The notes beneath the pieces were generated by a model. The model saw nothing but the letters and a program-made list of their open reading frames with translations, was not told the origin of the DNA and did not search any database. From the NCBI RefSeq assembly GCF_009914755.1, contig NC_060939.1: a stretch of 64,000 nucleotides of DNA; one strand, written 5' to 3'. The position numbers and the translations under genes are program-made. Shown piece after piece: positions 43,001-57,300 of this stretch (its first letter is position 1; each line of letters begins with the position of its first letter). The stretch is from the human T2T-CHM13v2.0 reference genome, Homo sapiens.

Positions 43001-46000
43001 TCCATTCCATTTCATTCCATTCCATTCCATTCGTGTCCATTCCACTCCAGTCCATTCCATTCGTGTCCATTCCATTCCAGTCCATTCCATTTGTGTCCAC
43101 TGCATTCCATTCCACTCCATTCCATATTATTCCATTACACTCCATTCCATTCTATTACTTTCATTTCCATTCAATTCCATTCCATTTGATTCCATTCCAC
43201 TCGGTTTCATTCCATTTGAGTCCACTCCATTCCATTCCATTCCATTCCATTCAGTTCCATTCCATTCTGTTCCATTCCATTCCATTCCATTACATTCCAT
43301 TCCATTCGGTACCATTCCATATTGTTCCATTCGATTCCATTCGAATCCATTCCATTCCAGTCCATTCCATTCGATTCCATTCCATTCATTTCAATTCCAT
43401 TCCATTCCATTCCATTACATTCCACTTGATTCCTCTCCATTCCCTTCCACTGCATTCCGTTCGATTCCATTCCATTGCATTGCATTCCATTCCATTGGAT
43501 TGCATTCCTTTCGATTCCATTCCATTCGAATCAATTACATAGCAATCCATTACATTCGAGTCTATTCTCTTCCGTTCCATTCGATTTCGTTCCAATCCAT
43601 TCGATTCCATTCCATTCGATTCCATTCCATACTATTGCATTCCATTCGATTACATTATATTCGAATAAGTTCCATTCAAGACCATTTCTTTTGAGTCCAT
43701 TCTATTTGAGTCCATTCCCTTTGATTCCATAACATTTGAGTCCATTCAATTCCATTCCTTTCGTTTCCATTCCATTTGATGCCATTCCATTCAATTCTGT
43801 TCTACTCGACTCCAATACATTCAATTCCATTCCATCCGATTCCATTACATTCTTTTCATTTCTTATCCATTTCAAGCCATTCCACTCCATTCCATTCCAC
43901 TCGTTTCCTTTCCATTCGAGTCCATTCCTCTCCAGTCCATTCCGTTCAATCCATTCCATTCCAGTCCATTCCATTCGAGTCCGTTCCATTCCAGTCCATT
44001 CCATTCGAGTCAATTCCATCCCATTCGATGTCTTTCCATAACGATCCATTCCATTCTATTCCTTTTGATTCCATTCCATTCTATTTCATTCCATTCGATT
44101 CCCTTCCATTGGACTCCTTTCCATTCGAGTGCATTCCATTCCGTTCCATTTCTTTCCGTTCTGTGCGATTCCTACCGTTCGATTTCATTTTGTTCCAGTC
44201 CATTCCTTTCGCGTCCATTCCATTCCATTTCACTCCATTCGATTCCATTCCACTCGATTCCACTTCGTTCCATTTCATTGCATTCCATTCTATTCAACTC
44301 TATTGCCTTCCATTCCATTCCATTCGATTACATTCCATGCGATTCCATTCGAAATCGAATCAATTACATTGCAATCCATTACTATTGAGTCCGTTTTATT
44401 CCAGTCCACTGCATTCTGGTCCATTCCATTTGATTCCATTCCATTCTATTCCATTCCATACAGTTGCATTCCATTGGATTCCATGCTATATCTATAAATT
44501 CAATTCGAGACCATTGCTTTTGAGTCCATTCTATATGATTCCATTCCATTCAAGTCCATTACATTTGGTTCAATTACATTCCATTCCATTCCCTTCCATT
44601 CCATTCCATTTGATATCAATCCATTCGATTCCATTCCATTCGAGCACATTCCATTCCACTCCATTCCATTCGATGCCATTCCATTTGATTCTATTCCATT
44701 AGTCTCCATTCAATTCCATTAATCTCCATTCCATTCCATTCTACTCCAACTGATTCCATTTCATTCTATTCCTTTCCATTCCATTTCATTCCATTCCATT
44801 CCATTCGTGTCCATTCCACTCCAGTCCATTCCATTCGTGTCCATTCCATTCCAGTCCATTCCATTTGTGTCCACTGCATTCCATTCCACTCCATTCCATA
44901 TTATTCCATTACACTCCATTCCATTCTATTACTTTCATTTCCATTCAATTCCATTCCATTTGATTCCATTCCACTCGGTTTCATTCCATTTGAGTCCACT
45001 CCATTCCATTCCATTCCATTCCATTCAGTTCCATTCCATTCTGTTCCATTCCATTCCGTTCCATTACATTCCATTCCATTCGGTACCATTCCATATTGTT
45101 CCATTCGATTCCATTCGAATCCATTCCATTCCAGTCCATTCCATTCGATTCCATTCCATTCATTTCAATTCCATTCCATTCCATTCCATTACATTCCACT
45201 TGATTCCTCTCCATTCCCTTCCACTGCATTCCGTTCGATTCCATTCCATTGCATTGCATTCCATTCCATTGGATTGCATTCCATTCCATTCCATTCCATT
45301 CGAATCAATTACATAGCAATCCATTACATTCGAGTCTATTCTCTTCCGATCCATTCGATTTCGTTCCAATCCATTCGATTCCATTCCATTCGATTCCATT
45401 CCATACTATTGCATTCCATTCGATTACATTATATTCGAATAAGTTCCATTCAAGACCATTTCTTTTGAGTCCATTCTATTTGAGTCCATTCCCTTTGATT
45501 CCATAACATTTGAGTCCATTCAATTCCATTCCTTTCGTTTCCATTCCATTTGATGCCATTCCATTCAATTCTGTTCTACTCGACTCCAATACATTCAATT
45601 CCATTCCATCCGATTCCATTACATTCTTTTCATTTCTTATCCATTTCAAGCCATTCCACTCCATTCCATTCCACTCGTTTCCTTTCCATTCGAGTCCATT
45701 CCTCTCCAGTCCATTCCGTTCAATCCATTCCATTCCAGTCCATTCCATTCGAGTCCGTTCCATTCCAGTCCATTCCATTCGAGTCAATTCCATTCCATTC
45801 GATGTCTTTCCATAACGATCCATTCCATTCTATTCCTTTCGATTCCATTCCATTCTATTTCATTCCATTCGATTCCCTTCCATTGGACTCCTTTCCATTC
45901 GATTGCATTCCATTCCGTTCCATTTCTTTCCGTTCTGTACGATTCCTACCGTTCGATTTCATTTTGTTCCAGTCCATTCCTTTCGCGTCCATTCCATTCC

Positions 46001-49000
46001 ATTTCACTCCATTCGATTCCATTCCACTCGATTCCACTTCGTTCCATTTCATTGCATTCCATTCTATTCAACTCTATTGCCTTCCATTCCATTCCATTCG
46101 ATTACATTCCATGCGATTCCATTCGAAATCGAATCAATTACATTGCAATCCATTACTATTGAGTCCGTTTTATTCCAGTCCACTGCATTCTGGTCCATTC
46201 CATTTGATTCCATTCCATTCTATTCCATTCCATACAGTTGCATTCCATTGGATTCCATGCTATATCTATAAATTCAATTCGAGACCATTGCTTTTGAGTC
46301 CATTCTATATGATTCCATTCCATTCAAGTCCATTACATTTGGTTCAATTCCATTCCATTCCATTCCGTTCCATTCCATTCCATTTGATATCAATCCATTC
46401 GATTCCATTCCATTCGAGCACATTCCATTCGAGTCCATTCCATTCGATGCCATTCCATTTGATTCTATTCCATTAGTCTCCATTCAATTCCATTAATCTC
46501 CATTCCATTCCATTCTACTCCAACTGATTCCATTCCATTCTATTCCTTTCCATTCCATTTCATTCCATTCCATTCCATTCGTGTCCATTCCACTCCAGTC
46601 CATTCCATTCGTGTCCATTCCATTCCAGTCCATTCCATTTGTGTCCACTGCATTCCATTCCACTCCATTCCATATTATTCCATTACACTCCATTCCATTC
46701 TATTACTTTCATTTCCATTCAATTCCATTCCATTTGATTCCATTCCACTCGGTTTCATTCCATTTGAGTCCACTCCATTCCATTCCATTCCATTCCATTC
46801 AGTTCCATTCCATTCTGTTCCATTCCATTCCGTTCCATTACATTCCATTCCATTCGGTACCATTCCATATTGTTCCATTCGATTCCATTCGAATCCATTC
46901 CATTCCAGTCCATTCCATTCGATTCCATTCCATTCATTTCAATTCCATTCCATTCCATTCCATTACATTCCACTTGATTCCTCTCCATTCCCTTCCACTG
47001 CATTCCGTTCGATTCCATTCCATTGCATTGCATTCCATTCCATTGGATTGCATTCCTTTCGATTCCATTCCATTCGAATCAATTACATAGCAATCCATTA
47101 CATTCGAGTCTATTCTATTCCGTTCCATTCGATTTCGTTCCAATCCATTCGATTCCATTCCATTCGATTCCATTCCATACTATTGCATTCCATTCGATTA
47201 CATTATATTCGAATAAGTTCCATTCAAGACCATTTCTTTTGAGTCCATTCTATTTGAGTCCATTCCCTTTGATTCCATAACATTTGAGTCCATTCAATTC
47301 CATTCCTTTCGTTTCCATTCCATTTGATGCCATTCCATTCAATTCTGTTCTACTCGACTCCAATACATTCAATTCCATTCCATCCGATTCCATTACATTC
47401 TTTTCATTTCTTATCCATTTCAAGCCATTCCACTCCATTCCATTCCACTCGTTTCCTTTCCATTCGAGTCCATTCCTCTCCAGTCCATTCCGTTCAATCC
47501 ATTCCATTCCAGTCCATTCCATTCGAGTCCGTTCCATTCCAGTCCATTCCATTCGAGTCAATTCCATCCCATTCGATGTCTTTCCATAACGATCCATTCC
47601 ATTCTATTCCTTTTGATTCCATTCCATTCTATTTCATTCCATTCGATTCCCTTCCATTGGACTCCTTTCCATTCGAGTGCATTCCATTCCGTTCCATTTC
47701 TTTCCGTTCTGTACGATTCCTACCGTTCGATTTCATTTTGTTCCAGTCCATTCCTTTCGCGTCCATTCCATTCCATTTCACTCCATTCGATTCCATTCCA
47801 CTCGATTCCACTTCGTTCCATTTCATTGCATTCCATTCTATTCAACTCTATTGCCTTCCATTCCATTCCATTCGATTACATTCCATGCGATTCCATTCGA
47901 AATCGAATCAATTACATTGCAATCCATTACTATTGAGTCCGTTTTATTCCAGTCCACTGCATTCTGGTCCATTCCATTTGATTCCATTCCATTCTATTCC
48001 ATTCCATACAGTTGCATTCCATTGGATTCCATGCTATATCTATAAATTCAATTCGAGACCATTGCTTTTGAGTCCATTCTATATGATTCCATTCCATTCA
48101 AGTCCATTACATTTGGTTCAATTCCATTCCATTCCATTCCGTTCCATTCCATTCCATTTGATATCAATCCATTCGATTCCATTCCATTCGAGCACATTCC
48201 ATTCGAGTCCATTCCATTCGATGCCATTCCATTTGATTCTATTCCATTAGTCTCCATTCAATTCCATTAATCTCCATTCCATTCCATTCTACTCCAACTG
48301 ATTCCATTCCATTCTATTCCTTTCCATTCCATTTCATTCCATTCCATTCCATTCGTGTCCATTCCACTCCAGTCCATTCCATTCGTGTCCATTCCATTCC
48401 AGTCCATTCCATTTGTGTCCACTGCATTCCATTCCACTCCATTCCATATTATTCCATTACACTCCATTCCATTCTATTACTTTCATTTCCATTCAATTCC
48501 ATTCCATTTGATTCCATTCCACTCGGTTTCATTCCATTTGAGTCCACTCCATTCCATTCCATTCCATTCCATTCAGTTCCATTCCATTCTGTTCCATTCC
48601 ATTCCGTTCCATTACATTCCATTCCATTCGGTACCATTCCATATTGTTCCATTCGATTCCATTCGAATCCATTCCATTCCAGTCCATTCCATTCGATTCC
48701 ATTCCATTCATTTCAATTCCATTCCATTCCATTCCATTACATTCCACTTGATTCCTCTCCATTCCCTTCCACTGCATTCCGTTCGATTCCATTCCATTGC
48801 ATTGCATTCCATTCCATTGGATTGCATTCCTTTCGATTCCATTCCATTCGAATCAATTACATAGCAATCCATTACATTCGAGTCTATTCTCTTCCGTTCC
48901 ATTCGATTTCGTTCCAATCCATTCGATTCCATTCCATTCGATTCCATTCCATACTATTGCATTCCATTCGATTACATTATATTCGAATAAGTTCCATTCA

Positions 49001-49550
49001 AGACCATTTCTTTTGAGTCCATTCTATTTGAGTCCATTCCCTTTGATTCCATAACATTTGAGTCCATTCAATTCCATTCCTTTCGTTTCCATTCCATTTG
49101 ATGCCATTCCATTCAATTCTGTTCTACTCGACTCCAATACATTCAATTCCATTCCATCCGATTCCATTACATTCTTTTCATTTCTTATCCATTTCAAGCC
49201 ATTCCACTCCATTCCATTCCACTCGTTTCCTTTCCATTCGAGTCCATTCCTCTCCAGTCCATTCCGTTCAATCCATTCCATTCCAGTCCATTCCATTCGA
49301 GTCCGTTCCATTCCAGTCCATTCCATTCGAGTCAATTCCATCCCATTCGATGTCTTTCCATAACGATCCATTCCATTCTATTCCTTTTGATTCCATTCCA
49401 TTCTATTTCATTCCATTCGATTCCCTTCCATTGGACTCCTTTCCATTCGAGTGCATTCCATTCCGTTCCATTTCTTTCCGTTCTGTACGATTCCTACCGT
49501 TCGATTTCATTTTGTTCCAGTCCATTCCTTTCGCGTCCATTCCATTCCAT
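34080..49550 (+). repeat. 4-unit higher-order tandem duplication, period 7131 bp, ~2.2 copies
   Basis: The spacing series 1809,1774,1774,1774 repeats. Variants seen only in this pair occur at +7131: CTGTGCG (37034/44165) and CCGTT>CCATT (36153/43284). ORF translations match pairwise (34836/41967, 36645/43776, 38419/45550, 40193/47324). Confidence 0.93.
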
Positions 49551-52500
49551 TTCACTCCATTCGATTCCATTCCACTCGATTCCACTTCGTTCCATTTCAT
49601 TGCATTCCATTCTATTCAACTCTATTGCCTTCCATTCCATTCCATTCGATTACATTCCATGCGATTCCATTCGAAATCGAATCAATTACATTGCAATCCA
49701 TTACTATTGAGTCCGTTTTATTCCAGTCCACTGCATTCTGGTCCATTCCATTTGATTCCATTCCATTCTATTCCATTCCATACAGTTGCATTCCATTGGA
49801 TTCCATGCTATATCTATAAATTCAATTCGAGACCATTGCTTTTGAGTCCATTCTATATGATTCCATTCCATTCAAGTCCATTACATTTGGTTCAATTCCA
49901 TTCCATTCCATTCCCTTCCATTCCATTCCATTTGATATCAATCCATTCGATTCCATTCCATTCGAGCACATTCCATTCCACTCCATTCCATTCGATGCCA
50001 TTCCATTTGATTCTATTCCATTAGTCTCCATTCAATTCCATTAATCTCCATTCCATTCCATTCTACTCCAACTGATTCCATTTCATTCTATTCCTTTCCA
50101 TTCCATTTCATTCCATTCCATTCCATTCGTGTCCATTCCACTCCAGTCCATTCCATTCGTGTCCATTCCATTCCAGTCCATTCCATTTGTGTCCACTGCA
50201 TTCCATTCCACTCCATTCCATATTATTCCATTACACTCCATTCCATTCTATTACTTTCATTTCCATTCAATTCCATTCCATTTGATTCCATTCCACTCGG
50301 TTTCATTCCATTTGAGTCCACTCCATTCCATTCCATTCCATTCCATTCAGTTCCATTCCATTCTGTTCCATTCCATTCCGTTCCATTACATTCCATTCCA
50401 TTCGGTACCATTCCATATTGTTCCATTCGATTCCATTCGAATCCATTCCATTCCAGTCCATTCCATTCGATTCCATTCCATTCATTTCAATTCCATTCCA
50501 TTCCATTCCATTCCATTCCACTTGATCCCTCTCCATTCCCTTCCACTGCATTCCGTTCGATTCCATTCCATTGCATTGCATTCCATTCCATTGGATTGCA
50601 TTCCATTCCATTCCATTCGAATCAATTACATAGCAATCCATTACATTCGAGTCTATTCTATTCCGTTCCATTCGATTTCGTTCCAATCCATTCGATTCCA
50701 TTCCATTCGATTCCATTCCATACTATTGCATTCCATTCGATTACATTATATTCGAATAAGTTCCATTCAAGACCATTTCTTTTGAGTCCATTCTATTTGA
50801 GTCCATTCCCTTTGATTCCATAACATTTGAGTCCATTCAATTCCATTCCTTTCGTTTCCATTCCATTTGATGCCATTCCATTCAATTCTGTTCTACTCGA
50901 CTCCAATACATTCAATTCCATTCCATCCGATTCCATTACATTCTTTTCATTTCTTATCCATTTCAAGCCATTCCACTCCATTCCATTCCACTCGTTTCCT
51001 TTCCATTCGAGTCCATTCCTCTCCAGTCCATTCCGTTCAATCCATTCCATTCCAGTCCATTCCATTCGAGTCCGTTCCATTCCAGTCCATTCCATTCGAG
51101 TCAATTCCATTCCATTCGATGTCTTTCCATAACGATCCATTCCATTCTATTCCTTTCGATTCCATTCCATTCTATTTCATTCCATTCGATTCCCTTCCAT
51201 TGGACTCCTTTCCATTCGAGTGCATTCCATTCCTTTCCATTTCTTTCCGTTCTGTACGATTCCTACCGTTCGATTTCATTTTGTTCCAGTCCATTCCTTT
51301 CGCGTCCATTCCATTCCATTTCACTACATTCGATTCCATTCCATTCGATTCCATTCTACTCGATTCCACTTCGTTCCATTTCATTGCATTCCATTCTATT
51401 CAACTCTATTGCCTTCCATTCCATTCCATTCGATTACATTCCATGCGATTCCATTCGAAATCGAATCAATTACATTGCAATCCTTTACTATTGAGTCCGT
51501 TTTATTCCAGTCCACTGCTTTCTGGTCCATTCCATTTGATTCCATTCCATTCTATTCCATTCCATACAGTTGCATTCCATTGGATTCCATGCTATATCTA
51601 TAAATTCAATTCGAGACCATTGCTTTTGAGTCCATTCTATATGATTCCATTCCATTCAAGTCCATTACATTTGGTTCAATTCCATTCCATTCCATTCCCT
51701 TCCATTACATTCCATTTGATATCAATCCATTCGATTCCATTCCATTCGAGCACATTCCATTCGAGTCCATTCCATTCGATGCCATTCCATTTGATTCTAT
51801 TCCATTAGTCTCCATTCAATTCCATTAATCTCCATTCCATTCCATTCTACTCCAACTGATTCCATTCCATTCTATTCCTTTCCATTCCATTTCATTCCAT
51901 TCCATTCCATTTCATTCCATTCCATTCCATTCGTGTCCATTCCACTCCAGTCTATTCCATTCGTGTCCATTCCATTCCAGTCCATTCCATTTGTGTCCAC
52001 TGCATTCCATTCCACTCCATTCCATATTATTCCATTACACTCCATTCCATTCTATTACTTTCATTTCCATTCAATTCCATTCCATTTGATTCCATTCCAC
52101 TCGGTTTCATTCCATTTGAGTCCACTCCATTCCATTCCATTCCATTCCATTCAGTTCCATTCCATTCTGTTCCATTCCATTCCGTTCCATTACATTCCAT
52201 TCCATTCGGTACCATTCCATATTGTTCCATTCGATTCCATTCGAATCCATTCCATTCCAGTCCATTCCATTCGATTCCATTCCATTCATTTCAATTCCAT
52301 TCCATTCCATTCCATTACATTCCACTTGATTCCTCTCCATTCCCTTCCACTGCATTCCGTTCGATTCCATTCCATTGCATTGCATTCCATTCCATTGGAT
52401 TGCATTCCTTTCGATTCCATTCCATTCGAATCAATTACATAGCTATCCATTACATTCGAGTCTATTCTCTTCCGTTCCATTCGATTTCGTTCCAATCCAT

Positions 52501-54334
52501 TCGATTCCATTCCATTCGATTCCATTCCATACTATTGCATTCCATTCGATTACATTATATTCGAATAAGTTCCATTCAAGACCATTTCTTTTGAGTCCAT
52601 TCTATTTGAGTCCATTCCCTTTGATTCCATAACATTTGAGTCCATTCAATTCCATTCCTTTCGTTTCCATTCCATTTGATGCCATTCCATTCAATTCTGT
52701 TCTACTCGACTCCAATACATTCAATTCCATTCCATCCGATTCCATTACATTCTTTTCATTTCTTATCCATTTCAAGCCATTCCACTCCATTCCATTCCAC
52801 TCGTTTCCTTTCCATTCGAGTCCATTCCTCTCCAGTCCATTCCGTTCAATCCATTCCATTCCAGTCCATTCCATTCGAGTCCGTTCCATTCCAGTCCATT
52901 CCATTCGAGTCAATTCCATCCCATTCGATGTCTTTCCATAACGATCCATTCCATTCTATTCCTTTTGATTCCATTCCATTCTATTTCATTCCATTCGATT
53001 CCCTTCCATTGGACTCCTTTCCATTCGAGTGCATTCCATTCCGTTCCATTTCTTTCCGTTCTGTACGATTCCTACCGTTCGATTTCATTTTGTTCCAGTC
53101 CATTCCTTTCGCGTCCATTCCATTCCATTTCACTCCATTCGATTCCATTCCACTCGATTCCACTTCGTTCCATTTCATTGCATTCCATTCTATTCAACTC
53201 TATTGCCTTCCATTCCATTCCATTCGATTACATTCCATGCGATTCCATTCGAAATCGAATCAATTACATTGCAATCCATTACTATTGAGTCCGTTTTATT
53301 CCAGTCCACTGCATTCTGGTCCATTCCATTTGATTCCATTCCATTCTATTCCATTCCATACAGTTGCATTCCATTGGATTCCATGCTATATCTATAAATT
53401 CAATTCGAGACCATTGCTTTTGAGTCCATTCTATATGATTCCATTCCATTCAAGTCCATTACATTTGGTTCAATTACATTCCATTCCATTCCCTTCCATT
53501 CCATTCCATTTGATATCAATCCATTCGATTCCATTCCATTCGAGCACATTCCATTCCACTCCATTCCATTCGATGCCATTCCATTTGATTCTATTCCATT
53601 AGTCTCCATTCAATTCCATTAATCTCCATTCCATTCCATTCTACTCCAACTGATTCCATTTCATTCTATTCCTTTCCATTCCATTTCATTCCATTCCATT
53701 CCATTCGTGTCCATTCCACTCCAGTCCATTCCATTCGTGTCCATTCCATTCCAGTCCATTCCATTTGTGTCCACTGCATTCCATTCCACTCCATTCCATA
53801 TTATTCCATTACACTCCATTCCATTCTATTACTTTCATTTCCATTCAATTCCATTCCATTTGATTCCATTCCACTCGGTTTCATTCCATTTGAGTCCACT
53901 CCATTCCATTCCATTCCATTCCATTCAGTTCCATTCCATTCTGTTCCATTCCATTCCGTTCCATTACATTCCATTCCATTCGGTACCATTCCGTATTGTT
54001 CCATTCGATTCCATTCGAATCCATTCCATTCCAGTCCATTCCATTCGATTCCATTCCATTCATTTCAATTCCATTCCATTCCATTCCATTCCATTCCACT
54101 TGATTCCTCTCCATTCCCTTCCACTGCATTCCGTTCGATTCCATTCCATTGCATTGCATTCCATTCCATTGGATTGCATTCCATTCCATTCCATTCCATT
54201 CGAATCAATTACATAGCAATCCATTACATTCGAGTCTATTCTATTCCGTTCCATTCGATTTCGTTCCAATCCATTCGATTCCATTCCATTCGATTCCATT
54301 CCATACTATTGCATTCCATTCGATTAGATTATAT

Positions 54335-57300
54335 TCGAATAAGTTCCATTCAAGACCATTTCTTTTGAGTCCATTCTATTTGAGTCCATTCCCTTTGATT
54401 CCATAACATTTGAGTCCATTCAATTCCATTCCTTTCGTTTCCATTCCATTTGATGCCATTCCATTCAATTCTGTTCTACTCGACTCCAATACATTCAATT
54501 CCATTCCATCCGATTCCATTACATTCTTTTCATTTCTTATCCATTTCAAGCCATTCCACTCCATTCCATTCCACTCGTTTCCTTTCCATTCGAGTCCATT
54601 CCTCTCCAGTCCATTCCGTTCAATCCATTCCATTCCAGTCCATTCCATTCGAGTCCGTTCCATTCCAGTCCATTCCATTCGAGTCAATTCCATTCCATTC
54701 GATGTCTTTCCATAACGATCCATTCCATTCTATTCCTTTCGATTCCATTCCATTCTATTTCATTCCATTCGATTCCCTTCCATTGGACTCCTTTCCATTC
54801 GATTGCATTCCATTCCGTTCCATTTCTTTCCGTTCTGTACGATTCCTACCGTTCGATTTCATTTTGTTCCAGTCCATTCCTTTCGCGTCCATTCCATTCC
54901 ATTTCACTCCATTCGATTCCATTCCACTCGATTCCACTTCGTTCCATTTCATTGCATTCCATTCTATTCAACTCTATTGCCTTCCATTCCATTCCATTCG
55001 ATTACATTCCATGCGATTCCATTCGAAATCGAATCAATTACATTGCAATCCATTACTATTGAGTCCGTTTTATTCCAGTCCACTGCATTCTGGTCCATTC
55101 CATTTGATTCCATTCCATTCTATTCCATTCCATACAGTTGCATTCCATTGGATTCCATGCTATATCTATAAATTCAATTCGAGACCATTGCTTTTGAGTC
55201 CATTCTATATGATTCCATTCCATTCAAGTCCATTACATTTGGTTCAATTCCATTCCATTCCATTCCGTTCCATTCCATTCCATTTGATATCAATCCATTC
55301 GATTCCATTCCATTCGAGCACATTCCATTCGAGTCCATTCCATTCGATGCCATTCCATTTGATTCTATTCGATTAGTCTCCATTCAATTCCATTAATCTC
55401 CATTCCATTCCATTCTACTCCAACTGATTCCATTCCATTCTATTCCTTTCCATTCCATTTCATTCCATTCCATTCCATTTCATTCCATTCCATTCCATTC
55501 GTGTCCATTCCACTCCAGTCCATTCCATTCGTGTCCATTCCATTCCAGTCCATTCCATTTGTGTCCACTGCATTCCATTCCACTCCATTCCATATTATTC
55601 CATTACACTCCATTCCATTTTATTACTTTCATTTCCATTCAATTCCATTCCATTTGATTCCATTCTACTCGGTTTCATTCCATTTGAGTCCACTCCATTC
55701 CATTCCATTCCATTCCATTCAGTTCCATTCCATTCTGTTCCATTCCATTCCGTTCCATTACATTCCATTCCATTCGGTACCATTCCATATTGTTCCATTC
55801 GATTCCATTCGAATCCATTCCATTCCAGTCCATTCCATTCGATTCCATTCCATTCATTTCAATTCCATTCCATTCCATTCCATTACATTCCACTTGATTC
55901 CTCTCCATTCCCTTCCACTGCATTCCGTTCGATTCCATTCCATTGCATTGCATTCCATTCCAATGGATTGCATTCCATTCGATTCCATTCCATTCGAATC
56001 AATTACATAGCAATCCATTACATTCGAGTCTATTCTATTCCGTTCCATTCGATTTCGTTCCAATCCATTCGATTCCATTCCATTCGATTCCATTCCATAC
56101 TATTGCATTCCATTCGATTACATTATATTCGAATAAGTTCCATTCAAGACCATTTCTTTTGAGTCCATTCTATTTGAGTCCATTCCCTTTGATTCCATAA
56201 CATTTGAGTCCATTCAATTCCATTCCTTTCGTTTCCATTCCATTTGATGCCATTCCATTCAATTCTCTTCTACTCGACTCCAATACATTCAATTCCATTC
56301 CATCCGATTCCATTACATTCTTTTCATTTCTTATCCATTTCAAGCCATTCCACTCCATTCCATTCCACTCGTTTCCTTTCCATTCGAGTCCATTCCTCTC
56401 CAGTCCATTCCGTTCAATCCATTCCATTGCAGTCCATTCCATTCGAGTCCGTTCCATTCCAGTCCATTCTATTCGAGTCAATTCCATTCCATTCGATGTC
56501 TTTCCATAACGATCCATTCCATTCTATTCCTTTCGATTCCATTCCATTCTATTTCATTCCATTCGATTCCCTTCCATTGGACTCCTTTCCATTCGAGTGC
56601 ATTCCATTCCTTTCCATTTCTTTCCGTTCTGTACGATTCCTACCGTTCGATTTCATTTTGTTCCAGTCCATTCCTTTCGCGTCCATTCCATTCCATTTCA
56701 CTCCATTCGATTCCATTCCACTCGATTCCACTTCGTTCCATTTCATTGCATTCCATTCTATTCAACTCTATTGCCTTCCATTCCATTCCATTCGATTACA
56801 TTCCATGCGATTCCATTCGAAATCGAATCAATTACATTGCAATCCATTACTATTGAGTCCGTTTTATTCCAGTCCACTGCATTCTGGTCCATTCCATTTG
56901 ATTCCATTCCATTCTATTCCATTCCATACAGTTGCATTCCATTGGATTCCATGCTATATCTATAAATTCAATTCGAGACCATTGCTTTTGAGTCCATTCT
57001 ATATGATTCCATTCCATTCAAGTCCATTACATTTGGTTCAATTCCATTCCATTCCATTCCCTTCCATTCCATTCCATTTGATATCAATCCATTCGATTCC
57101 ATTCCATTCGAGCACATTCCATTCGAGTCCATTCCATTCGATGCCATTCCATTTGATTCTATTCCATTAGTCTCCATTCAATTCCATTAATCTCCATTCC
57201 ATTCCATTCTACTCCAACTGATTCCATTCCATTCTATTCCTTTCCATTCCATTTCATTCCATTCCATTCCATTGCATTCCATTCCATTCCATTCGTGTCC

